Source: Minisyncoccia bacterium (lineage in GTDB: Bacteria; Patescibacteriota; Minisyncoccia; Phycocordibacterales; JAACPR01). Taken from it: 64,000 bases of DNA. The position numbers were made by a program, and so were the translations under genes. The notes under the pieces are model-generated. The model saw nothing but the letters and a program-made list of their open reading frames with translations, was not told the DNA's origin and ran no database searches. Below are positions 57,676 through 64,000 of this stretch, piece after piece. The stretch is from the NCBI GenBank assembly GCA_041740795.1, contig JBGSLH010000011.1, forward strand, positions 3,875 to 67,874, written 5' to 3'. Numbering within the stretch: the stretch's first letter is position 1; each line of letters begins with the position of its first letter.

Positions 57676-57691
57676 GGATTGGAAAAAGAAG

Positions 57692-57720
57692 GAAAAGGGT
57701 GGCCGAAGGCCACCCTTTTC
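57692..57720 (+). terminator. Rho-independent terminator after aspS
   Basis: gaaaagggtggcc-gaa-ggccaccctttTc followed by ctttg. Confidence 0.7.
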
Positions 57721-57740
57721 CTTTGTAAAATAAGAGTATA

Positions 57741-57769
57741 TTGACTTTATACATAATATGTGATAATAT
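57741..57769 (+). promoter_or_regulatory. Near-consensus sigma70-type promoter (TTGACT, 17-nt spacer, TAATAT)
   Basis: ttgact at 57741-57746 and taatat at 57764-57769. ATG 57778 lies 8 nt downstream. Confidence 0.5.
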
Positions 57770-57777
57770 GCTCAACT

Positions 57778-57996
57778 ATGCGTCCTTTGACATTGTGTCT
57801 GATGGCGTTGTTCGTTGCTTTTGCCTCGTGCAAACAGAACGATACAACGAAAACCCGCCCCCAAACCAAAACCCAACCGGCAACTCTGGTCGCTTCGCAA
57901 GAAGTCCAACCCGAAGTGCCTGTTGAGGAAATCCAGCCCGTCGAAGTCGAGCTCGGTGACTTCAAGGTGAAGTTCGCCGACGAAGACAAGAAATAA
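57778..57996 (+). CDS. Small lipoprotein
   Basis: MRPLTLCLMALFVAFASC is a lipobox-like signal (FASC). GC-richer than its neighbours. Confidence 0.5.
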   Translation: MRPLTLCLMALFVAFASCKQNDTTKTRPQTKTQPATLVASQEVQPEVPVEEIQPVEVELGDFKVKFADEDKK

Positions 57997-58029
57997 TTCC
58001 TACAACCTACAATTCCACAATCCGTTACT

Positions 58030-59082
58030 ATGAAATTCCATATCCCGCGTCTTCTTTTGGCTACTATCTCAGTACTCGGCTTTGCTTCGGCATCTCCAAT
58101 CCCACCGCCGATTACTCCGACGCCCATGATTCCGGAAAGCCTTAACCTGGCACCCGCCTTGGTGAAAGCTTACGCCCTTACCCAGATTACTCGTGCGACA
58201 TGTACGAGTTTTGAGGAAATCAACGGCAAGACCAATGTCCTCGGGACGTTAAATCTTACGATGACCCCTATCAAGGAACTCGATGACTTAGCCGTTCAAG
58301 TCGGCGCCGTGAAAATGAAAAAATTTACGGTTCAAGATCCTCGCCGGACGATTCATGTTCAATGGACGTTCTTTTCGAAGGATGCTCCAGTGTTCGAGTC
58401 TTACTCAGGGTTCCAATTGATTAAGAAAAATGAAGGAGGAAAGGTGTCATATGAAAAGCCCTGGTATGCGCCATGGATACATCTTTCTTTCCTTGGTATC
58501 GAGATTCCGGTTTCAAACGTTCTTTCTGCAAAGCTGCTTTCATCTGAAACCGGCAACAGTCAGCGTCTGAATGTCACGAGTCGCGGAATTTATGTGACAC
58601 CCGAAATGTTGAATGATCCCCATGCTGATACATTCGAGTTTGTCTTCAAAAACGGCTCGGTTGTAAAATATGATCGCGTTGGAAGTATTGTCAAATCCAC
58701 ATTGGTGGAACTGACCTTTGCCAACGGCGTCAGTGTTGATGGTATCGTGCACATTGAAGGGTATAACAGTCAGCTTGATATCCAATTCTCGCCGGAAGGG
58801 GACTACAATCCAGCTGTCGAAACTTTGACCGACGACTCTGGTCAGCTGGAATTGAAAAAGGTACGGTCCGAAATTGGGTTCGAGCCAATGTTCGTGCACA
58901 TTACTACTATGGAGGATCTCTCTCAGCGTGTTCCTGCAGAAGTGGAGAAGTATTACGACGGCTTAAAAATCGAAAACGTTCCAGGTGAAAACTTTATCAT
59001 CTGGTTCGAATTCGATCCAAGTATTCGCAAAATGCCCACACCTACGTATACCGACTATGAGTATGTCGGTAAGAAAGGCTGA
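58030..59082 (+). CDS. Secreted hypothetical protein (350 aa)
   Basis: Signal peptide MKFHIPRLLLATISVLGFASA followed by a Pro-rich linker. No family recognised. Confidence 0.5.
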   Translation: MKFHIPRLLLATISVLGFASASPIPPPITPTPMIPESLNLAPALVKAYALTQITRATCTSFEEINGKTNVLGTLNLTMTPIKELDDLAVQVGAVKMKKFTVQDPRRTIHVQWTFFSKDAPVFESYSGFQLIKKNEGGKVSYEKPWYAPWIHLSFLGIEIPVSNVLSAKLLSSETGNSQRLNVTSRGIYVTPEMLNDPHADTFEFVFKNGSVVKYDRVGSIVKSTLVELTFANGVSVDGIVHIEGYNSQLDIQFSPEGDYNPAVETLTDDSGQLELKKVRSEIGFEPMFVHITTMEDLSQRVPAEVEKYYDGLKIENVPGENFIIWFEFDPSIRKMPTPTYTDYEYVGKKG

Positions 59083-59110
59083 ACCATCAGCCACAAGAAT
59101 AATCAAATGA

Positions 59111-59149
59111 CCCCCGCTTCGCATTGCGTCGCGGGGGTTTTCTTTTTTT
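59111..59149 (+). terminator. Rho-independent terminator
   Basis: cccccgc...gcggggg stem followed by ttttcttttttt. Confidence 0.7.
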
Positions 59150-59175
59150 AAAAAAGTGGCATACTAATTTTAGAT

Positions 59176-59535
59176 ATGAAAAATTACAATGAACAATTTG
59201 AACTTGATTTGGATCCACAATCCGAATCAAAGCCCATATTACAAGAATCTGAACCCGAAGTCGTACCTTTGCCTTCTGAAGAAGAACGTCTTTGTCCTCA
59301 GTGTGAGATTTTTGGTGGAAAATGTCCTCGTTGTTCTCCATCTTCTAGATCAATACATCTTGCGCCAAAACCCCCATATCGAACTCTGAGCAGGAGAGAA
59401 TTAGATGCTATTAATGCAGAGTTGATGTTGCGACCTTTAAAAAAAGACCCACCTTTAACTCCTGAAGAGATCGAAGACTTCTTCATACAAACAAAAGAAG
59501 AGCTCGGAAGTTCTGATGAGCGTCGCGTTTCCTAA
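59176..59535 (+). CDS. Hypothetical protein with a CxxC...CxxC zinc-ribbon
   Basis: ORF with CPQCEIFGGKCPRC. Confidence 0.35.
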   Translation: MKNYNEQFELDLDPQSESKPILQESEPEVVPLPSEEERLCPQCEIFGGKCPRCSPSSRSIHLAPKPPYRTLSRRELDAINAELMLRPLKKDPPLTPEEIEDFFIQTKEELGSSDERRVS

Positions 59536-59632
59536 CAACACCCCTCGTATGCCAAGGCTACCTGGGGTGTTTGATTTTGTGCCCAGATTTGATATAGTGT
59601 TTGCACTGCAAATATGCGTTTTCAGTATATAT

Positions 59633-59706
59633 GCAGGTGTAGCTCAGCTGGTTAGAGCGTCCGCCTGTCACGCGGAAGGTCGTGGGTTCGAGTCCCATCA
59701 CTTGCG
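59633..59706 (+). tRNA. tRNA-Asp (anticodon GTC)
   Basis: Acceptor GCAGGTG/CACTTGC (one G.U), D arm GCTC-AGCTGGTTA-GAGC, anticodon arm TCCGC-CTGTCAC-GCGGA, T arm GTGGG-TTCGAGT-CCCAT, discriminator G. Confidence 0.85.
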
Positions 59707-59879
59707 CATAAAAATAAAGAGCCGGCTCCGAAAGGAGTCGGCGACTTTATTTTTACAGCAAGTTGGGACTCGAACGGCGGAGGCCGCGAAGCCGACGAAA
59801 CGAAGTGAAGTCGTGGCCGAGCCGCGACCAGCAGTACTTAGTGAATGAGGAGCTTGCGACGAAATGATCTTAGTAACTG

Positions 59880-59903
59880 CGGGTCGAGTCCCATCACTTG
59901 TGC
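59880..59903 (+). repeat. Degenerate direct copy of the tRNA-Asp 3' end (T arm + acceptor)
   Basis: gcgggtcgagtcccatcacttgtg compared with gtgggttcgagtcccatcacttgcg of the tRNA. An inverted 12-nt copy (gttcgagtccca on the minus strand) lies at about 59764-59777. Confidence 0.7.
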
Positions 59904-60030
59904 CTCAAGAGCACTTCTATTTCGATAAATCAAAATAAGTCGCGCAGTAAAAGAAAAAAACCCAATAGCGAAAGCGTTTGGGTTTTTTCTATGAGGCGAA
60001 ATGGATTTGGAACTATGGTATTATTTTTGT

Positions 60031-60888
60031 ATGAAAATTGCCATTATTACAGGAGGAGAGACTGGAGAAAGAGATGTCTCAATACGGTCTGCAAAGAATG
60101 TTTCCGAAACAATTGGTTTTGCGGAAGTTGAAACATTTGTATTTCCGGAAGAAAGAGAAAGATTTATTTCACATTCGAACGAATTTGATCTGGCGATACC
60201 GATCATTCATGGTAAAGGTGGAGAGGACGGAAGCCTTCAGGGTCTGTTCAAGCATCTGTGCATACCCTTTATTTTTTCAGAAATCACTACGCATTCGATT
60301 GCCATAGATAAAGGGTTTACAAAAGAGATTGTATCTACACTTGGAATTGTGTCACCTGAAAACACCACTACTTTCCCGTGTTTTGCAAAGCCGCTGCATG
60401 GTGGGTCGTCCGTTTCTTCCATGTTATGCAATTCGAAAGAGGAGTTTCAAAAGCTTATGTCCGATAATGCAGGCACGATATTTATTACCGAAAAGCCCAT
60501 TAAGGGAAGAGAGTTTACAGTTGGAATAATTGAACATAACAACGAGACAAATGCCTTGCCAGTCGTTGAGATTATTCCAACAGGATTGTTTTTTGATTTT
60601 GAAAATAAGTATGACCCAAAAAAACTAGCACAGGAAATCTGTCCTGCGGTTATAGACGATGTGCTGATGTTGGAGTTACAACGTCAGGCACTTCTGATAC
60701 ATAGGCATTTGAATGTCAGGCACATATCCAGGTCCGATTTCATTGTTACACAAGAAGGGACTATTTATTTCTTGGAGATAAATACAATTCCCGGAATGAC
60801 GGTTACGTCGATTATTCCGAAGATGCTTGAGGTTGCAGGATTGTCGTTTGAGAACCTTGTCAAAGAGTGGTGTGAGGATCAAATATAA
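60031..60888 (+). CDS. ddl: D-alanine--D-alanine ligase
   Basis: MKIAIITGGETGERDVSIRSAKNV, IIHGKGGEDGSLQGL and LEINTIPGMT. The internal ATG 60031 is preferred over 60001. Confidence 0.85.
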   Translation: MKIAIITGGETGERDVSIRSAKNVSETIGFAEVETFVFPEERERFISHSNEFDLAIPIIHGKGGEDGSLQGLFKHLCIPFIFSEITTHSIAIDKGFTKEIVSTLGIVSPENTTTFPCFAKPLHGGSSVSSMLCNSKEEFQKLMSDNAGTIFITEKPIKGREFTVGIIEHNNETNALPVVEIIPTGLFFDFENKYDPKKLAQEICPAVIDDVLMLELQRQALLIHRHLNVRHISRSDFIVTQEGTIYFLEINTIPGMTVTSIIPKMLEVAGLSFENLVKEWCEDQI

Positions 60889-60998
60889 TTCCAACAACAT
60901 CCACGAGCCCGCACCACAAAAGCACTTCTCTTTTAATAAATCAAAATAAGCCGCGTAGACAAATCCCCGAAAGGGAATTAAAAAAACCTAGGGTGAAT

Positions 60999-61451
60999 TT
61001 AACCTGATCTCAATTTTTCCCTAATCTCCATCCATATTTTCCCGATATGGTTCAATCCTTCACCATCTTCTCCATCATCCCAAAAACCATCACCCGGCGG
61101 GTATGTAACAATGTGTTTTACGATATTTAAATTTTTTGAATCAATAAGCATGGTTTGGATTTCTTCATGCTGCTCGGCTTTAAGTTCCATTAACATTTTC
61201 ATGACTTTGAGTTTGTGTTCGTCCAGTCTAAATTCTGGTATCTGAATATGTTTGTATTTTGATGAAATCTCCCAAGCCTTTACGGGACTGTGGGCTGCCC
61301 TGATCTCCTCAATGATAGCTTCATCGGTATATCTTTGACACTGGTATGCGTGTTCAAGGGTTGGATAAACCTTGTCATTAATTTCGATAGCGTGAGCAGT
61401 GTATGGGGAAAGGTATATATAAAATAGTTCTAATGGAAGCTTGTTTGTCAT
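60999..61451 (-). CDS. NADAR (YbiA/DUF1768) family protein
   Basis: LSPYTAHAIEINDKVYPTLEHAYQCQRY fits the NADAR core (f.lSn....f..dg..y.s.EHayQ..K). Confidence 0.7.
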   Translation of the reverse strand: MTNKLPLELFYIYLSPYTAHAIEINDKVYPTLEHAYQCQRYTDEAIIEEIRAAHSPVKAWEISSKYKHIQIPEFRLDEHKLKVMKMLMELKAEQHEEIQTMLIDSKNLNIVKHIVTYPPGDGFWDDGEDGEGLNHIGKIWMEIREKLRSG

Positions 61452-61506
61452 ACTTCAAGTATATCAAACTCCAGTTGTGCGAAAACGCAGGACATGTGAG
61501 GCATTC

Positions 61507-61725
61507 TTACAACTTCTCGATCTCCTTCAAGTCATGATCGGGGATATAAAGTATGCAGAGCCCGAGCAGGAGTCCAAAAAAACCGGACCAAGCACTGTAT
61601 TCTCCAAATAACCACACATCAATTCCGTCCAGGATGTACCAGACTCCACGCCACACCATCACGAGGGCAAACACTACGATGATATTTTTTGCAAGGTAGT
61701 TAATTATATTTTTTCTTTTTTCCAT
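61507..61725 (-). CDS. Small two-TM membrane protein
   Basis: 72-aa ORF with two hydrophobic helices. Confidence 0.35.
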   Translation of the reverse strand: MEKRKNIINYLAKNIIVVFALVMVWRGVWYILDGIDVWLFGEYSAWSGFFGLLLGLCILYIPDHDLKEIEKL

Positions 61726-61789
61726 ACAGAGATTCTATCACATGTTTCAAAAACTTTTATTTGATAACAGAGTTTCAGAGTGATTTTAA

Positions 61790-61866
61790 AAAACTCATCT
61801 ACCAAGCGCGTAGTCCCCGCAGGGCAAAGCCCGAGGACCGGACGGGGCGCTGGTAGATGGGTTTTT
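61790..61866. other. GC-rich long hairpin flanked by A- and T-tracts in a divergent intergenic region
   Basis: Outer stem catctacca/tggtagatg plus gcg/cgc, inner ccccg/cgggg, and a gggc-aaa-gccc hairpin. Confidence 0.5.
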
Positions 61867-61878
61867 CCTTGACACGTT

Positions 61879-61887
61879 TGTTATACT
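61879..61887 (+). promoter_or_regulatory. Extended -10 element (TGtTATACT) 6 nt upstream of the ZIP gene ATG
   Basis: tgttatact at 61879-61887; ATG at 61894. Confidence 0.45.
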
Positions 61888-61893
61888 GTACAA

Positions 61894-62700
61894 ATGGAAC
61901 TATATATAACAACGGGGCTTATTATGCTCGCTTCATTATCAGGACTTATTTTTTTAGTGAGAGGATTTTCTGGATGGATGAATACTAATGGTAAATTTAT
62001 TATTGCGTTTTCAGCAGGAATTTTTGCTGTTGTAACATTTGATTTATTTATTGAAACATTTGAATTTAGTCAAAATTGGGCTACTGCACTTACTACAATT
62101 ATTTTCGGTTTTTTAATTTTTGAAATTGCTCAACGAATATTTCCAGAAATTCACCATCACCATGACGAACATCACAATGATGAAGGTTTAATCTGCTCAC
62201 ACTCCAAGAGAAAAGTAATTTGGGGAGATGTACTGCACAATATTGGAGATGGTGTCTTGCTATCAGTTGCATTTGCTGTAGATGTAAAAGTTGGTATTGT
62301 TGCGGCGCTCGGTATTTTTATCCATGAATTCGTACAAGAGATCAGTGAGTTCTCAATTCTTAAGTTATCAGGACTTTCGACAAAAAAGGCACTCATTATA
62401 AATTTTTTAGTATCAGCAACTATTATTCCTGGAGTTATTCTTGGGATGTATGTAAGTCAAAATGAATCTATAATTGGTATTTTATTTGGTCTTGCTGCTG
62501 GAGCATTTTTACACCTTATTTTTACAGATCTAATCCCTCATTCAATTGAAAATTCTAAAAAAGATAAAAGATACTTTTTTTACATTTTCTTAATTATTGC
62601 AGGTATTTTTACCATTCTTGCAGTGAATCAAATAGGTGGAGGACATGGACATGAAACAGAACAAGGACATGTTGAGGATGTAGAAACTCACGTCGAATAG
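61894..62700 (+). CDS. ZIP family divalent metal (zinc) transporter with a His-rich loop
   Basis: EIHHHHDEHHNDE loop, HNIGDGV and IFIHEFVQEISEF ZIP signature helices. Confidence 0.8.
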   Translation: MELYITTGLIMLASLSGLIFLVRGFSGWMNTNGKFIIAFSAGIFAVVTFDLFIETFEFSQNWATALTTIIFGFLIFEIAQRIFPEIHHHHDEHHNDEGLICSHSKRKVIWGDVLHNIGDGVLLSVAFAVDVKVGIVAALGIFIHEFVQEISEFSILKLSGLSTKKALIINFLVSATIIPGVILGMYVSQNESIIGILFGLAAGAFLHLIFTDLIPHSIENSKKDKRYFFYIFLIIAGIFTILAVNQIGGGHGHETEQGHVEDVETHVE

Positions 62701-62739
62701 CATTTAAATATTCGCTAAACTGTGCTATTTTAGAGCTAT

Positions 62740-62814
62740 GCCGGCGTGGCTCAGTGGCAGAGCACTCCATTGGTAATGGGGAGGTCATGGGTTCGATTCC
62801 CATCGTCGGCTCCA
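62740..62814 (+). tRNA. tRNA-Thr (anticodon GGT), CCA encoded
   Basis: Acceptor GCCGGCG/CGTCGGC (one G.U), anticodon arm CTCCA-TTGGTAA-TGGGG, T arm ATGGG-TTCGATT-CCCAT, then T-CCA. Confidence 0.85.
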
Positions 62815-62922
62815 TAAGAATTTAAGGATAAGGATCTATACATTCATGGTGTCGCGACGCTTAGGCTTTTGGAGCTACCTCAGCGACAAAAGACTTAGCA
62901 GAGTCGACCAATATATTACATT

Positions 62923-63804
62923 ATGACCAAACAAGAAATACAAGAAAAGATTACACAACTTGAGACAGAGATGATTTCTCCTGAATTTTGGTCAAATCCA
63001 AAAGAAGCACAACTCAAGTATAAAGAATTAGAAGAACTCAAAATCCAACTTGTTGGCGGGAGTAAGTATGACAATGGAAACGCGATCGTAAATATCTTTG
63101 CAGGAGTGGGAGGAGACGATGCGGAAGATTTTGTACGGATGCTCCTCGATATGTACATGAAGTACGTTCAGAAAAAGAACTGGGCGATTAATTTTCTTGA
63201 TGAGAACCAGAATCCGAACGGAGGGTATCGATCAATCACCTGCGAGATAGTCGGTAAGGGCGCATACCGGACGCTTCTGCTTGAGTCCGGAGTGCACAGG
63301 CTCGTCCGAATTTCTCCCTTCAATTCTGCAGGCAAAAGACAGACCTCATTTTCAATGGTCGAAGTGCTTCCTGTTATTTCAGATTCCGATTATATAATTC
63401 CTGAATCTGATCTTGAGATCGAGTTCACAAAAGCAGGAGGTCCTGGAGGTCAGAACGTAAACAAGAGGGAGACTGCTGTTCGAATTACACATCGTGAATC
63501 TGGAATATCTGTATGTGCCTCCGTTGAACGAACACAACATGCCAACAAGGTGAAGGCTCTCGAAATTATCCAGGGAAAGTTATTTAAATTACAAAAGGAA
63601 CAAGAGAAGAAAAATGCAGACGGATTTGCGATTTCAAAGACGCAGGAAATCGCATGGGGGAATCAGATCCGTTCGTACACACTCAATCCGTACAAGCTCG
63701 TCAAGGACCACAGAAGCAATTTTGAGACCAGTCAAGTGGATAAGGTGTTGGCGGGTGACATTGACGATATCATACAAAGTGTGCAACAATTAGAATCAAA
63801 TTAG
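62923..63804 (+). CDS. prfB: Peptide chain release factor 2, short form (293 aa) encoded in a single frame
   Basis: SPF tripeptide (RISPFNS), GGQ (GGPGGQNVNK) and SPEFWSNPKEAQ. No internal frameshift is needed. Confidence 0.85.
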   Translation: MTKQEIQEKITQLETEMISPEFWSNPKEAQLKYKELEELKIQLVGGSKYDNGNAIVNIFAGVGGDDAEDFVRMLLDMYMKYVQKKNWAINFLDENQNPNGGYRSITCEIVGKGAYRTLLLESGVHRLVRISPFNSAGKRQTSFSMVEVLPVISDSDYIIPESDLEIEFTKAGGPGGQNVNKRETAVRITHRESGISVCASVERTQHANKVKALEIIQGKLFKLQKEQEKKNADGFAISKTQEIAWGNQIRSYTLNPYKLVKDHRSNFETSQVDKVLAGDIDDIIQSVQQLESN

Positions 63805-63806
63805 CC

Positions 63807-64000
63807 ATGATTTATTTTGAAAACGTAACAAAAACATATGATGACGACACTGTTGCCTTGTCGGACATCACACTCAAGATCGCGCCTCACGAATTCGTCT
63901 CGATCGTAGGGCATTCTGGTGCAGGCAAGTCCACACTTCTCAAACTTATGCTTGCCGAGGAGCTTCCCACCGAAGGAAGTGTATTTTTTGAATCAGAGGA
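63807..64000 (+). CDS. ftsE: Cell-division ABC ATPase FtsE (5' part; runs off the window)
   Basis: Manual translation from ATG 63807 gives MIYFENVTKTYDDDTVALSDITLKIAPHEFVSIVGHSGAGKSTLLKLM, which includes a Walker A motif. It follows prfB, as in many bacteria. Confidence 0.7.
   Translation, partial: MIYFENVTKTYDDDTVALSDITLKIAPHEFVSIVGHSGAGKSTLLKLMLAEELPTEGSVFFESE

Noticed and set aside
59786-59830. Hairpin acga-cttcact-tcgt on the minus strand, which could be read as an anticodon arm with UCA (an opal-suppressor or Sec-like tRNA). This was tempting given the in-frame stops elsewhere.
   Set aside because: No acceptor, D or T arms can be built around it. Position 37 would be a pyrimidine. The flanking T-loop-like strings are degenerate copies of tRNA-Asp, not parts of a cloverleaf.
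61869-61887. TTGACA (61869-61874) as the -35 box for the ZIP gene promoter.
   Set aside because: It is only 7 nt from the -10 hexamer, where the normal spacing is 16-18 nt. The promoter is better explained as an extended -10 (TGtTATACT).
62846-62926. 26-codon upstream ORF (MVSRRLGFWSYLSDKRLSRVDQYITL) ending in UUA-UGA and overlapping the prfB ATG (ATGA). It is reminiscent of the 25-codon leader and UGA of the canonical RF2 +1 frameshift site.
   Set aside because: The main ORF is in the -1 (not +1) frame relative to the uORF. There is no CUU UGA C slippery site or internal SD. The +1 frame hits a stop within 13 codons. The peptide shows no RF2 N-terminal similarity. Probably coincidental.
1-64000. 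CRISPR arrays, rRNA genes, IS elements with terminal inverted repeats.
   Set aside because: Reading both strands, I found no regularly spaced direct repeats with unique spacers, no rRNA-like conserved blocks, and no transposase ORFs.

Overview
AT-rich bacterial window with compact, mostly co-directional genes. Many start codons sit only a few nt downstream of TATAAT-type boxes. The gene content looks like a small-genome, Patescibacteria/CPR-like organism; this is an inference from content, not a proven placement. Evidence for it: a split transketolase, an AspRS lacking the GAD insertion together with GatB, a type IV pilus operon, and giant surface proteins.

Layout:
- 1-28.6 kb: core genes. 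These are a YbaK-like editing protein, TspO, three large secreted or surface proteins, and a DUF805 gene with an in-frame stop. They continue with ComF, the pilus cluster pilM/N/O-pilB-receiver-pilT-pilC-pilin, gatB, gap, rpiB, rpe, split tkt, a PEP-CTERM protein and a second pilin.
- 28.65 kb: tRNA(CAT), followed by a Fur-family regulated cluster (P-loop ATPase, cysteine-synthase-like/rhodanese fusion, YibE/F).
- 32.9-42 kb: phage-derived integrated element. It carries a large serine recombinase, terminase large subunit, two HTH proteins and two DNA methyltransferases. It also carries a complete diversity-generating retroelement (DGR): RT 39179-40228, Avd 40231-40581, TR 40630-40745, and VR 41101-41216 inside target gene 41092-41856.
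- 42.4-55.9 kb: defence-type island. It holds a PD-(D/E)xK nuclease and a type III R-M whose mod has two in-frame stops. Downstream are a frameshifted RloC/PrrC-like ATPase, a DUF2779 protein, an unknown protein, a helicase with an HEPN-like motif, and a Zn-ribbon protein.
- 56.1-64 kb: core genes again. These are tRNA(CAT), aspS, a GC-richer lipoprotein pair, tRNA-Asp with degenerate 3'-end copies, ddl, a NADAR protein, a ZIP transporter, tRNA-Thr, prfB and ftsE.

The strongest finding is the DGR, because 12 of the 13 TR/VR mismatches fall at template adenines. Its architecture is unusual: avd is inverted and starts back-to-back with RT.

All calls rest on manual reading of the sequence and the ORF track. 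No database search was run.
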